In this document: positions 12,650 to 26,157 of the stretch, in pieces
Layout of the letters: each line of letters starts with the position of its first letter
Position numbering within the stretch: the stretch's first letter is position 1
NCBI GenBank assembly: GCA_011109175.1
Contig: RDEW01000018.1
Span: forward strand, 312,887 to 376,886
From: Dicyema japonicum
Lineage: Eukaryota > Animalia > Dicyemida
Length of the DNA stretch: 64,000 nt
Direction of reading: 5' to 3'
Notes under the pieces: generated by a model
The model's input: the letters and a program-made list of their open reading frames with translations, nothing else
Databases searched by the model: none
What the model was told of the DNA's origin: nothing
Translations under genes and position numbers: made by a program

Positions 12650-13530
12650 ACTGAAAATAGAGTTGAATCCAGCAATTGTCTGCAATTATTGAGAGCTCAA
12701 AAAATTATGACTTTTAAAATGTTATTTTCAAGTTTTGTTGCGTTCATGATTTTGTGATATTTGTAGAATCCACATAAGAGTATGTTGAAGTCTTACTTTG
12801 TAATCAGGAAGATCACTTATTACTCCATATACAGTAATTGCAGAAAAAATCGAGTTTTTCGGCAAAGACCACATACTCATCCGGAGCCTTGTATGCTCAT
12901 GGGAAACAGGGGTTGCTTTCAACTTACTAGGGAAGGAGCATCACATTTGATTTTGAAGTTTTTGACACAACTAGGTTTTTTTGTGATAAATTAAAAATAT
13001 CTTTTGGAGTAATACTCCGCATATAATCATGGATCCAATTCGAGAAAGAATTTTCTTAAAAGTAAAGCTAAGACGCTGTGTGGATTGGATGGACAGAATG
13101 AAACTCACAAAAGAATTAAATTGTCTAAAAGCCATAGAAGAGAGATATAAGATGGCTACGGAACACAAGTGGAGGGTTGAGGCAACCAAAATAGACGCCA
13201 AAAAATTTTCCTTCTGGAAGATCTACAAGAAGCTCACAGGCCGCAAGATAGAAGCTAGGAAGATTATCTTGGATAATCCTAATGGAGGCACATATTCCAT
13301 TGAGGATGTACCTGCAGTATTCAAGAATCAACTGGAAAATATTCAAGGTATTGACCCAATAAGATTAACTCCGAATGATCAGATGCAGGCTTCCATGGAA
13401 CTCTGACTATTCCCTAGATGGTCTCAGAGAAGTTGAGAGGAAATTACCTTGGAGGAGATCAAGACGGCGGGATCTGACTTCATCATCATGAAGATGTCCA
13501 AGGAAGGTCTGGAGGCCTTGTTGCTTGTTC
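12650..13530 (+). pseudogene. Decayed APE-type LINE fragment (APE-RT linker)
   Basis: FWKIYKKLTG...VFKNQLENI...ITLEEIK..GSDFI pattern typical of the LINE pre-RT linker. Confidence 0.55.
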
Positions 13531-13571
13531 TACAGAATTTTTTAACGCTAAACGATAATAAGCGGGCTTTA

Positions 13572-14104
13572 TTATTTATTTATATTGGAAAAACAAGATT
13601 GAGTGTCAATTAGTAGAGAGTTGATTGTCCATACTTCAGAATCCTTTATATAATTCAAGTCAGTCACCTCCTCACAGTCTTGTGAAGGAATCAGAAATTT
13701 TGTCAATGGCCTCAAATCAACGTTGATATCCTTGAAATAAGTTTGATTATCTCACTTTATTCTCGAACATTGACTCTTCAATCAGTACTCTTTCAAGGTC
13801 TTGATAGGCCGCCAAAGAAGTTTGTCTGTAGATTATAATAATCTTTAACATTTCTGGTTCCACCAAAGTTGTCTGTTCAATGTGTTCAGCCTCGGGGATA
13901 AATTCTAGGATCACAATCAGGCTTACCGTCAGACTCATTTTCCTCTTCAATTAACCTAAAATGCTTATTAATGCTACTTTCTCGATATTAAGCTCTAAAA
14001 TTATAATTATAAATTTTACTGTTTTTGCGGATATGTCTGTCTCTTCCTTAGTCTGAAATAAGGACAATAAGCATTACTAAGTTTTTTGATCCCCTTCTTC
14101 GCAT
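13572..14104 (-). CDS. IFT43: Intraflagellar transport protein 43, about 121 aa, 8 exons
   Basis: Seven GT-AG introns (25, 25, 22, 22, 24, 25, 24 nt) give MRRRGSKNL...DEFIPEAE...YQDLERVL...VDLRPLTKFLIPSQDCEEDSEVW. This matches the IFT43 C-terminal motifs IP, YxDL, DLxxLTKxLxP and EDxxxW. Spliced length 366 nt. An extra upstream exon is possible. Confidence 0.8.
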
Positions 14105-14149
14105 TTCTTTGGCGTTGTCTTGGAAACAATTATTTTATTTTATTTAAAA

Positions 14150-14400
14150 CCAATAGATGGATACTTTTCGGACGAATACTGCGCCTTCACCGTATAACTC
14201 CAGATAATGCGATGGAAGTCTGTTTCACAGAGGAATCCTCGATATTCCTAGGATGGTCAAGAATAACCATTCTGGCTGTTCTTAATGCCGACCTAACAAA
14301 AATCAACGGTAAACCCGTCACACAAGAAGATCTCGACAACCTACGAAAAATGAAAAGGAACAGGGGAGTCTGGAAGAAGTTGGATGATCGGATCTGTCAC
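14150..14400 (+). mobile_element. RTE-like LINE 3' fragment
   Basis: RWILFGRILRL...AM...EDLDNLRKMKRNRGVWKKL is the RTE C-terminus also seen at 15935, 19814 and 53900. Confidence 0.65.
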
Positions 14401-14419
14401 GTGGTACAAGAGTTTCCAG

Positions 14420-15500
14420 TTATTATTTCTCGAACGGTGCTTTTAGTAGCAATAGTCACAGTCAGATTAATAGAGGGACGATCATTATGTGATCCTGGAC
14501 ACTCTCAATGGCTTTCTTATCTTCTCTAGGTGTTCCTCTCAGGATTTCTCACACTTTCAATATTCTCGCGTTACATGCAGATACACGTGAAATAAACAGT
14601 ATACATATGTTTTTGGAAGGGTTTTGAAGAAGTTGGATCCACCACGAAGTCAGAAAATTTCGTAGAGTTTTTATAGCTTTAGAGTGGAAGTCTTCGATTT
14701 TAAATTGGCGACTCTTAAAATGTTCACTTTGTTCGTGAAAAAAAATTTGTTCTGTGTTAAGAATCAGAGGAGAGCTGTTTACTTTTTTATCATAGTTAGA
14801 TACTGAAGTGCACGGCTTCTTCGCGCTTCTGGACAATGAGTTCGATTTTAACCGCTCGTTTAATCGGTTGAGAGTATCTTGCAGATATCGCAGATTGTGG
14901 CTGACATGTCAATCAGGAATAAGTTAAATAGAACGGGAATGTCAGAGTCAAAGACCTTCTTCGTAAGCATCCTTCCTGGGACAAAGTCAAAAGCCTTATG
15001 TATGTCAATCGAGCATACTAAGAACTCTTGGTATCCAATTTACAATGTAGGTCCTCAGAAATGAATCTTGTTAGGGTCATGAGTTTACGTTGATAAGCGT
15101 CTTTTGAATTACCGTCCTCCAGGATTTACCATATAGCTTCCGGATGTCGTGGATGTATTATATATCTGTGTTAAAGTACCGATGATGTTGGGGCATACAT
15201 TTCTGAGTATAACACTTGATGCACTGTCGGAACCGGAAGAGTATGTTGGATATAGCTTTTGGATAGTACTTTACGTCATTAACTCTGGATATATCGAAAA
15301 TGAAGATAATCACCATTTAAGTGTATCCAGTTCCTACGATTGAATTAACAGAAAGAAAAGTCATTCCGGACATACGCAGGTTCCTCCAAAATTACAGTTG
15401 TCAGATCCTTCCAAAAAGATTTTCAGTAAATAGAAGGGAACAAATCACCACCTTTAATGCCACCCTGACATTGGGAGACTCTTGAGACATGGATCAAATG
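14420..15500 (-). pseudogene. Decayed Ingi/Vingi-like LINE RT region
   Basis: IDIHKAFDFVPGRMLTKKVFDSDI matches IDIQKAFDSVPRKLQMQKIFNSNL in the 40215 element. Confidence 0.55.
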
Positions 15501-15892
15501 ACAAATGAAAAAAGGCAGAGCATAAGATGAAAAACTTGAACCAAGTAGCCAAAAAAGGATTCAAACATTGGACCATTGATACAGGTATGACACCACAACC
15601 ACTAGGCTACCTCGTTAATGCTGCACTTTACAAGGATCCATATTAGCTATGGCTCCTCCCAGGAAGGACACGTGCTTTATTTAACAGTTATGATGATTAA
15701 TCGTAGAGGGAGACCCAAGATTACTACGTTATTTATTTAAAAATGACAAAATTTAGTTTAAATTAAGCGAATAACTAAATTATGGTTCTAAATAATCAAT
15801 GAAAGTTCAGTTACTAAGAATGAGAGTAGTCTACGACGCCAATTTCCTGGAAGAGCCACTGTCTCTTAAAGGATCTCAATTTGCGTTCCTGG

Positions 15893-16190
15893 AAATTATT
15901 ATTATTATTAACACTTTCACGAAATCCATAATATTTATAGCCCCGCATATGCAGCAAAAAAGATAAGAGAATTAGTCAACTTGCTCCAAGCTCTTCTGTT
16001 CTTAGCCAGATCCCTCAGTGAGTCCAGATCGTCACCAGATGCCAATGTTTTCTTCACGGCTTTCAGATAGTTTTGTAAAACGACCGGGAGGGTTGTTCTC
16101 GGTCTTCCACGAAAGCGTTTTACATTGGAGGAGTAGTAATCTTCCATTGCGATATGGCAAATATATGTAAACAAAATTTTTCAAAATTTC
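15893..16190 (-). mobile_element. RTE-like LINE 3' end with (TAA)n tail
   Basis: RGRPRTTLPVVL...DDLDSLRDLAKNRRAWSKL followed by a TAA microsatellite. Confidence 0.75.
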
Positions 16191-17302
16191 AACTAAGAAG
16201 GGTCGGAAAACATGATATTTCTTTATTTTGAACTATTCGGCACCGTAAACTCTTGAATAGCTTTAAATAGACCATTTTGTATACCTAGCTCTTTCAAAAC
16301 TGGTGAAATTTTTAAACATTATAGTAGACCATTACGAAGATCACAAAAAAGTCAAAAATATAAAACATTGGAATTATTGCCAAAAAAGATTAACTTTTTT
16401 TCTGAGTTAAAAATGAATGTAGAACTTACGCATAGCAACCATGTTACTTTCATCTAATAATAGTTTGCAGAAGTATAGTAATGTTTCCACTAATAATTCC
16501 ACGTGGGCAAGATATACATTTTATTTGAGAACATTAATGCTAATTAATGAAAGGATCCGAGGCATCAGGATGCTCTTAATCTTTTAGTTGCGTTTCCGAT
16601 GTCACTCGTGATTGTTAGTGGTTCACCGCAGTAGTAACTGGTTTCAGTACACGCAGATTATGCATCTTCCACAGATTGCTTGCCGATATATGATTTAATG
16701 TATGAAGATAGATCATGCAAGTTAAGGTCTATCTACCATGGTCTGGATCTCCCTCACTAAACCATTCTTAACTCCTGGCATGTTTCTTCCATCATCAACC
16801 ATAACAGACTGTTACTGACTTTACACAAGACAATAGTTTTTCAAAATATTCTGAACCTCCTGGAAAAAGATACCTCCTTGTTATCCCCTCCAATTCTACG
16901 ACCTCATAATCGAAGTTAATACCCAGAATGAAGATCAGGAATGTACTAGTACTGTCAGCTAACACATCTGTCGCAAAAGAAAACCAAATAAACTTCTTAT
17001 CACTTTTAGAAATCGGCGATATACTCTTCCCAAGTTCTTCATTTTTCATCTAACAGGGTTTGTAGATGGATTAATGTTAGAAAATAGGTTCCTTCGAGTA
17101 ATCCTGATTCTAGAACACATTAACAAAATTCCAACGGGTATATGGATTTCTTTGTTTTTGAACCCGAATATACTAGAAAGAGACCAGAAGTTAATTAACG
17201 TCTAATTAAAGTATATCCAGTTCTCACAGTCGNTTAGAAAATAGGTTCCTTCGAGTAATCCTGATTCTAGAACACATTAACAAAATTCCAACGGGTATAT
17301 GG

Positions 17303-17516
17303 ATTTCTTTGTTTTTGAACCCGAATATACTAGAAAGAGACCAGAAGTTAATCAACGTCTAATTGAAGTATATCCAGTTCTTACAGTCGATTGTGACTCA
17401 TGCTTTCCAACCATCATGTCTGTTGTGGGAACCCCTCCAGTGAAGTAAGAAAAAAAGATCGTTTTGGATGCCGGTCAAACAATTAGTGTCTCTGGGACAC
17501 TAGATCACATGACGCC
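17303..17516 (-). mobile_element. Short non-autonomous head-plus-tail element, copy C
   Basis: Starts GGCGTCATGTGATC, contains CACTGGAGGGGTTCCCACAAC and ends aactggatatacttcaattag...tctttctagtatattcgggtt; all three parts resemble 28712-28949. Confidence 0.6.
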
Positions 17517-17564
17517 TCTTAGGAATTGAAGAAAACATAAAACGGAAATGAATGCTTTAACCAG

Positions 17565-17640
17565 GTAAGCAGCGATGTGGTAATTGAACCCACAGCTAAT
17601 CGAAAACGAGCAACAGCTCTAATCACTACATTTTCCTTGT
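17565..17640 (-). mobile_element. Truncated tRNA-derived SINE
   Basis: tagtgattag A-box-like and gggttcaatt B-box-like motifs; cgctgc..acctggt is shared with the 5549 SINE. Confidence 0.4.
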
Positions 17641-18328
17641 TCACACAACTTATTAAATATTCCGTAGATACTCAGAAAAACTGATTCATTTCAAGAAACT
17701 GCTTTGTAAAATAATTTAAAACAACGTTTGAGACTCAAACTGATTACATCGGAATGCTCCACAAAACTTAAAAAATAACTTACTTCCCAATGACGACAAA
17801 TATTACATTTCTCAACTATGGGAATAATCTCACTTCATATTACATTGTGTGCTTTACTTTTTGACTCAAAGTATTTTTTCATTCACTTTTGAGAATTACA
17901 CATTCATGATCAATCATAAAAACTAACTAGTTATTCCCTTGTTCTATTCGAGACAAGGGGTTCTCGTCCAGATTCTCTACATTTTGGAGTACGCATTGGT
18001 ACACGCGATACAGAATCTATTAAGAAGGAAAACCATAGGTTTTATATAGATAAGGAAAGTAAATGTATTAGAGTAATACTACACTGCACCATAACAATAA
18101 ATACATCTCAACATTCAGACCATGCCATTACTGATCTACAATAATATAACACCAGAGACCACGGTTGCACAAACTAACTAATCACGTGATTCCAGCAAGT
18201 TCTAGCAGCGACCTCATCTTGGTCCGATGAACCTCCCTCGACCTTACGAAAGCACGTATCCGCCGAGTGACTAAATCTTCGCAGTCATGACGGTGAGTTC
18301 CTGATATAACTGATTTATCAAAATAAAG

Positions 18329-19000
18329 GCTCTTCCGGTAAGTAGTGGGGACAATGGAAGATCACAGACGTCGAATGGCAAATTGATTGCGGAGACTGGG
18401 ATCACCTAACTGTTTGACTCTTTTGTCTTTCTTTCTCGGTGTTCCCGAAGTTATTAAAATGAATAACAAAAATAAATCAAAATAAAGTTAAATTAATTCC
18501 AAAGACCAAGGATAACCAAACTAACTAACTTTTTAAACCTGACTCGTTCCAGCGTTCCAGAACTTGTCTCCAGGTAACTACATTGCCCCCGGGGAAAGAA
18601 TAGTGGGTCCTCTTAATGCCAGCCAGGTATTGCGTCTCCTCAGTAAGGTGGATCTAATGACAGCATCAAAGGGAAGTAAAAAATTTTTTGACATATTAGC
18701 CACGTAGCAACACATGGGGACACGCGGCCACAAAAATCATAAATAAATAAAAACCAAAAAAATAAAACTAATTTAATTTTGATAAAACATTTATATTTGA
18801 CAATGATCGACAGGTCTTGTGTATAATCAATTTATATTTGACAATGATCGACAGGCTCTTCCGGAAAGTAGTGGGGACGATGGAAGATCACAGACGTCGA
18901 ATGGCACAAGTGATTGCGAGGACTGGGATCACTTAACTGTCTGACTCTTTTGTCTTTCTTTCTCGGTGTTCCCGGGGTTATTAAAATAAAATAAATAAAT
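18329..19000 (+). repeat. Two ~145-bp LINE 3' tails (18329-18470 and 18855-19000)
   Basis: Both start ggctcttccgg and end ctgggatcac(c/t)taact...ctcggtgttcccg; a related copy lies on the minus strand near 51810-51910. Confidence 0.7.
18480..18664 (-). mobile_element. Short non-autonomous head-plus-tail element, copy D (degenerate)
   Basis: gctgtcattagatccacctt..aggagacgc..cctggctggca resembles the head; agttagttagtttgg..cttggtctttgga resembles the tail. Confidence 0.5.
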
Positions 19001-19055
19001 AAAAATCAATTAAATTAATCTATTATTTTCTTGTCAAAGAAAATCCAATTAGTTA

Positions 19056-19560
19056 CTAGATCGCACAACGCCTGGGAGTTGATGTTTGCGTCGAACACCA
19101 ATGTCGTTGTGGAGGGATCGTCGATGCCAAAGGGCTGCACCCGCTCTCGTGCAAAAGGAGTGCGGGCAGAGCACTCCGCCATGCTGCTATGAACAACATT
19201 GTCATGCGAGCTCTTGAAGCGGGAGGCTTCCCGGCAGTATTGGAGCCTGTGTGATTGGACCGCGGAGATGGGAAAAGACCGGATGGGTTAACTATCTTTC
19301 CGTTCAATGAGGAAAAATCGCTCGTATGGGACTGCACTGTTGTGGATTCTTTCTCGAACTCGATGATACTCAGCTCGGCGCAGTCTGCTGGATCGGCAGC
19401 CGATCTGGCCAAGAAAATGAAGATTAAAAAATACGGCGAAATTGGAGACCGCTACCGTTTTGTACCGGTAGCAATCGAGACGTCTGGTGCGGCCAGAAGT
19501 ATTACAGCCTCCGTAAAAGATCCTTCATCTTTGAGAACCTAGTCAGGATGCTCATGGTGA
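19056..19560 (+). mobile_element. CRE-like non-LTR fragment: zinc knuckle plus RLE
   Basis: HQCRCGGIVDAKGLHPLSC..RH, then DRGDGKRPDGLTIFPF..SLVWDCTVVD...FVPVAIETSG. Confidence 0.85.
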
Positions 19561-19749
19561 AACGCGGTAGTGCTTTTAACTAACTTGAAAAGGGACATCA
19601 TAGTCTGTCTATTCCACATGGAAGAAACTAAAAAAAATTGTATTATGTACAACACAAGCAAACTTAAGTATCATATGCTATAAATCAAATTAACTAAGAA
19701 AAAGTCAATAAACCGGCTAATTTCACAGCCAAAAAATTAGTTAGTTAAT

Positions 19750-22700
19750 AGCACTCCCGCGTTGCCATAAGCACGTAAAAATGCCTAGGGTTTCGCTCGT
19801 GCCGTACAGCCGACTATCCTCCCGTCAGCCATCTCCATCTAGCTCTGTTCCTCGCGCGTTTACGAATATCCTCAAGATCGTCTCCAGTTTTGAGTTTACC
19901 ACCAATTCGTGGGTAATCGTTATTCAGGCAGAGGGGAACCGTACATCTTGACCGACTCCGAAATCCAATTCTGTGATTTGAACAGTAAGTTTCCATGAAT
20001 TGATTGCAAGGAATCACTTCGTCCATTCTCATAAAATGTCCGAAAAGTCGCCAGCGTGAAATAATTACTTCTCTGCTTATCGGTTTTCATTTACATAATT
20101 TGTAGAGAGTGTCGTTTTTGATAATCTGTGGCCATCTGATCCCCGCAATTTTTCTCAATTGATTTTTATGAAATGTGTCTTGTCTGTCAAGGTCCGTTTT
20201 TGATGTTTCTCATGTTACCGAGTTAGATAATAGGACTGGTTTTATGAACGCGTTATATAAGCGCATTCGAATATTTAAGGAGATAAGTTTTCTGCGAGTC
20301 CAAATACTCCACATCTTTTTCAGTGCACATGATGCCTACATCTTTCTGCGAGCAATGTTTTCAGCATCACCCAAAACCGAGCTGAGCCTTTTAGTGAACC
20401 TCCTTCTCATCAATCCGTGTCGATAACCGCTGAATTGAAGTTAACTCCTTTTTTTTCTGAATTGATCTACAAATACCACCTCTCCAGAACTGTTGTAGCT
20501 TTAACTACTACAGTTCTTAGTACTTCCACATCCTCAGACACAAAATCGATGTTATCAGAAAATTCTTTTCTAACGTCCCTCAACGCAGCTTCCAATAGAT
20601 TGCAAAGAGAATTGGCGAAAGCGAGTCCCCTTGCGGAGTACCAATCCAATTTTTCCGAATAGCCCTTCCCACTTTCACCATGATGCTCGTGTCCGCTAGC
20701 AAAAAACGCACAATCCTCAAACAGTCCTTATCAATTATGTCCTTGAGAACTTGTAATAGTTTATTTCGGCAGACACAGTCGAATGCTTTCGATAAGTCGA
20801 CTCCCAAAATATACAGTGTTTTTCTGTTCTACTGACATATTGCCGTACGCCTCCGATGACTCCATACTATATCAGCGGTTGACTTGGTGACAAGTATTGG
20901 TCAACTGAATTTGAAATCGACAATGTTTTTCAAAGTAGTCAAAAACACGATCGGCCTGAGATTTTCAATTGGACTTGCAGGTTTGCCAGGTTTTTGTAAA
21001 GGAAGTAGAACTCCCATCGCGATGTCAATTGAACAATGAGTCCTGAATATCTCGTTGAATAAGAAAAAGTTATCTTTTCTGCTAGCTGGGTTGGTGCGTA
21101 TTTTAACAACTCCTCACAAATATTGTCATAGCCAGCTGTTGTTGTTCATGCGAAGGAGTGCTTCACGAATTTCGGAATCCGTAAACACATTATTAAGTGA
21201 ACGAGGCTGTCCTTCGAATTGTGTGAGGGGTATAGCATCCTCCCGATTGAACTGCTTGCTAAAATGTTGGGCTATAAGTCCAGCAGAACGGTTAGCGTCC
21301 AATACAAAGTGATCAAACTTATCTTGAATTTTTAAATTGGTTTTTGCTGACCCACGCTTGAGTAAACGCACAGCCATAAACATTTTTGCACCTGAATGTA
21401 ATATTCTTTTCCACACGATGTGGGGTAGACCATCCATAGAAATATTGGATAGATACTGGTCCATTCGCTGCTGGTNCCACGCTTGGGTAAACTCACAGCC
21501 ATAAACATTTTTGCACCTGAATGTAATATTCTTTTCCACACGATGTGGGGTAGGCCATCCATAGAAATATTGGATAGATACTGGTCCATTCGCTGCTGGT
21601 ATCTCGTGAGGAGTGCAGGACTTTTCCTGGCCGTATTTACTAATTCTTCTCCCGCTATCATCTGTGTTTTTCTGGGACGTGCATGATTCGCATTTAACAT
21701 TCCATAAAGCCGGCTAAGATTCAACCGACAGACTACGATCTTGTGATCGCTATTTGTCAATGCTCTTCCATACGAACTGGAGTCCACTAATAATCTCTTG
21801 TGCGACTGCTTGCACAAAATATAATCTATTTGATTAAATATTTTTTGTTTTTCCATTTTTGTTTGTTCTACAACCTACCCAGGTTGTCTTGTGTCGGGCG
21901 GCGTGCTGAAAGGCCGTGTTGCACAGAAACAAATCGTAGGTATTACAAAAGTCGAAATTTCCAGAAGAATTTCGATATCCCCTTCTGTGATTATCAATGC
22001 AACGTTCACCTCTGCGTTTAATTCCTGCCTTTGAATTCCAGTCTCCTGCAACAAAAATTAGCGTGGACGAGCAGAGTTGAGAGTATACTTCCGATAAACT
22101 CATAAAAATCATTAAGTTGATCCANCGATATCCCATTCTGTGATTATCAATGCAACGTTCACCTCTGCGTTTAATTCCTGCCTTTGAATTCCAGTCTCCT
22201 GCAACAAAAATTAGCGTGAACGAGCAGAGTTGAGAATATACTTCCGATAAACTCATAAAAATCATTAAGTTGATCCATAGTTGATAGTCTTCCTGTGTGG
22301 GGGGCATACACATTTATGACAGTCATAATCGATCTCTTATTACGTAATCCGATATTAAGTTGGATAATAGCAATTCGGTCTGTTACCCTCCATACATTGA
22401 GTAGCCGATCCACAAGTGAGCTGTGTATAGCAAAGCCCATCCCATAATGACGGGAGTCGGATAATAGTATTGTGCATAGCAAAGTTCATCCCATAATGAC
22501 GGGAGTCGGATGGTAGTAGTATTAACGGTAATTATCATAGCATATATCTCGTTCTGTCACCTTCGTCTCTTGCAGACATGCCACACCGGTTTTGTATTTT
22601 TCTAGATCCGTACATAGATTGTTCTGTTTGATGTTTGAGGCAATTCCTCTGACATTGAAAGATGTAACGGAAAAAAGAGTAGAATGGATTGATCAAGAAT
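19750..22700 (-). mobile_element. Near full-length RTE-clade LINE (APE + RT), frameshifted
   Basis: APE motifs FNVRG, CLQETK, VINVYAP, GDWNSK, IDYIL and SDH; RT motifs DLSKAFD and PQGDSLSP; RTE C-terminus DDLEDIRKRARNRARW. Two N-joined duplications inside. Confidence 0.92.
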
Positions 22701-22860
22701 ACGATAAAGACATTAAAATGAGAGAGGTGTCAGCCAACTCTCTATCGTGACTCTCTTAACACAAAATATTGTCCTGCCTAAATGGTGGTTCAACTAGTGA
22801 GAACATTCCTACTTACCTACAAAAGGCTTTTATTATTGTTAATCAGAAAATAATAACTTC

Positions 22861-24727
22861 TTAACACCTCAGCAAATTCAGCTCATGAAAGCACTTTTCC
22901 TGGCCGTATAATTTATTTTCAAACGCTGTTATGCGTCCCTTAAGTTCTTCGATCAAATCTTTTCCATAAGGATCTTTGATCTTCCCAATATGATCTAATT
23001 TTCCATCGATATTAACTTTTCTAGGAAATCCAAAAATACCCCAAACCTTGAATTTCCCTTTAACCTCTTTTGTTGAAGGAATGTCTCAATTTTCTGATCT
23101 TTTATCCTGTTACGATTATCAACACTGAATTACTCGTTGTTATTCTCTAAAAACTGGATTTCTTGCTTGAGCTTATTATTCTCGACCAATAATCTGTTAT
23201 TGTTTTCCACAGAATCGTTCAATGCATTCTTCATAGAAGACAACTCCTCCGCTGATGTTTCGCTAAGAAATCGGTTGCTTTTGACTTTGTTCAGCATAAA
23301 GTTGGCTTTATTTAATTTTTCACTAAACTTTACATTCGTCAATTACCGAAATAGGGTTTCCTGAGCAGCCAAGTCTTCCTCACACTTTTTACGCAAACTG
23401 TCAATAATTTTCTGATTTTTCGCAGATTCTTGCTTCAACTGTTCGTTCAATTCTTTGCACGTGTTTTCTGCATTAATTCTAAATTAAGTGAAATTAAGGA
23501 AAACTTAAGTTTGTGATAAGTCGCTTCGTTTTTCGCGGCCTTTTGTTGAAATTTTTCAATTTCCCCCGCCACGTGGGCGTCTTTGATAGTCAGTTTTCGC
23601 TTTAGTTGGGTTTCGGACTTTCTGGAGATTTCAAGCTCGCATTTGAGTTCTTTCTGTGTAAATCATTGTACCTTCGACTTGCATTTTCAATTTGGCTTTT
23701 TGGTACTTTTCGTTCTCCAAGTTCATCTTCATCTCTATTTGCATATTTTGAACTCCCGAAGCTGCTAATGTGGTCAGTTGTTCGATTTCCTTCCTAAATT
23801 CTTCAATTTCTTTGTTTAATGACTGAAATTCCTTTTCTCGAGAGATTCCTCGCCTTTTCTCCTCTTCGATTTGATTGACAAGTTTGTTATTCTGATTTGT
23901 CAGGGATTCAATATTTGTCTAAATTTTATTTTTCAAAAAACCAAATTTTCAATATTTTTGTTTTTCAACTCCATTTCTGCCTTTTTGAACTTATTTTGAG
24001 ACTTTGTGTACTTTAGCAGTTTTTTATGCAATTCGTTATTTTTGTTTCTCAACTCCGTCCTCAATTCCTGAACGGTGGTGGACAGCTGGGCGTTTTCTTG
24101 GCGGGTTTTGATTAGTTCGACTTCCATAGATTCGTTGTGCCGGTCCCCGAAGAGTTGTTTTAGATTTACCGCGTGATCTTCCTCCTGTAATATTTCAGTC
24201 TTAAAATACCATTTGATTTATTTTGCGTTGTAAAGATTCAACATATTTGGATTTCTCGTTCAATTTAGTTTGCAAGTCACTCTCAGTTTCAATATGTTTC
24301 TGCTGATTTATGTTTATCGTCTGCAAGAGACGATTATTTTCTTCGGTCAAGTCATCCATTTTTTTCTGATATTCCCCACGGAGTTCTTCCCTGGTATCTA
24401 ATCTGATAATTTCCACGTGTTTTGGAGTCAAAAGCTACATAAACGTGAACAACTACCATCTTCTGGGCGTTGCTGCATTCCTGCTTGAGCTGTTGGTTTT
24501 CTGAATGTGCAAAGTCGAGCATCGCGACGTATTTATCTTTGACCATTTTGGACTCTTCCAACAATTCTACGTATTCCTTTTCCAGTAAGTTATAATCCTC
24601 TTTTAAGCTAACAAATAAATTCAAATAGGACAAACATTATGTGCTGTTCTTTTAACTGGTCATAGTTTTGTTGATATTGGCACGTGGTGGCCAACAAATC
24701 CTCGGCTACTTTGTCCATTTCGTCCAT
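22861..24727 (-). CDS. Unrecognised long coiled-coil protein, multi-exon
   Basis: Successive E/K/L/N/Q-rich heptad ORFs joined by short introns, from MDEMDKVAEDLLATT to ...ELKGRITAFENKLYGQEKCFHELNLLRC*. Internal exon structure is only partly resolved. Confidence 0.75.
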
Positions 24728-24859
24728 TTACTAATTTAAAGGTTTCTATGGATATTATAATTTTAGTATTATTAATATTTTCGTTAGAAATTAATTAATT
24801 TTTATTTTCAAATAAAGATTGTGGTAATTAAGAAATCAGACTAAAAATTATTATTCTTG

Positions 24860-26155
24860 TTTAGCTCCGCCCTAATAGAAAGCGCCCCAAATACAGAGTA
24901 AAATTATTTATCCTTTTTTTCAATATTATTTTTTAATTTTTAAAATTAAATGGCATGTTAAAAAACATTTTATTTATCAATTAAAATAGTAATCACTAAT
25001 TTTCCCGCCAATATTGTATTTTTTCCGTAATTTCTTGGAGACGTTCAGTCTGAAAGCATAATATTGTCTAAGTGATTCAGGACAAGCATTAAATAATGAA
25101 TTTTGACAAATGTGACATCTAGCATTATCAGGAATAATTAAAATTTGTCAATTCCATAAAAACATTTAATTATTAATTTTTTTGTAACCAAATGAAGATA
25201 CCACTAATCATTCATGCATTCTTGGATTTATATAACCTACATGTATTATTTAAAATTAGTACCCTATAATCCTCTGCATCTCGGTGATTTAAACTTTCCA
25301 ATAACCAATAGTTTTAACTTCTCACCTATAATAATACAGTATAGAAGAACTGATATCTTTCTTTACAGATTATTAACCAAAACAATTTTCTTCTTTAGTG
25401 ACAAATGATTTATTTGAATTTTTTTTAATGGAAAGGCAACTTTTATCTTGCATATTAAACTTGGCCAAAAACTCGTTATACTCTTTGTAAATTTTTAATT
25501 GAATATTGTCACAGGAATTCTTTTTACCAAAAATTGTTTAAAAGATAGTTCATGACGCTTTTTAAAGCAGTCGAGACATCCATTTGAGCTCTTAAATTTT
25601 TAAAATTTATCCGAGCTGTCGATAGTTTTAACAATGTTTTTAATTAAATTTCCGGAAACTGAATTTAATTATATATATCTGGGAACTGAATCAAATCCTT
25701 ATCTAATCTACATTTTTATTTTAGATAGTGTTCCTTTCCCAACTTTATGCATCTTAGATATTTCTCTTTCGGACATAGAGTTCCTTGCTATGGTTTCAAA
25801 AATGTTTTGCTTCAAAGCACAAAAAATCTTTTTTAACTAATACATTCTCTCTTCATTATAAAAGGTATATTTTCCTTTTATGATGCAGGCACCTAATTCA
25901 TATTATATTACGACCATGACGTCACCTATTTGACTACGCGACAAGAAAGCTTTTTTGGCATAAGTTAAAAATAGCACTCTAATAATAAATAAAATTTTAT
26001 TTAATTAAAAATGCCCCAATAAGTCGATTTTTTTATTTATTATTATTATATTGGTCAAAAATTAAATAAACTATCAGAAACTGAATTTTATAAAAAAAGT
26101 GGCCCATATATAGAGGGTGCCCCAAGCCGGGGTTTTATTGAAGCGGGGTTGTATT
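24860..26155. mobile_element. Possible highly decayed pogo/Tigger-like element
   Basis: GC-richer end segments containing gccccaa motifs like the 43417-43500 end; interior AT-rich with only faint coding traces. Confidence 0.25.
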
Positions 26156-26157
26156 AT

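Noticed and set aside
16500-17075. ORF 16795-17049 as a gene or APE remnant
   Set aside because: No recognisable motif and no consistent splice model.
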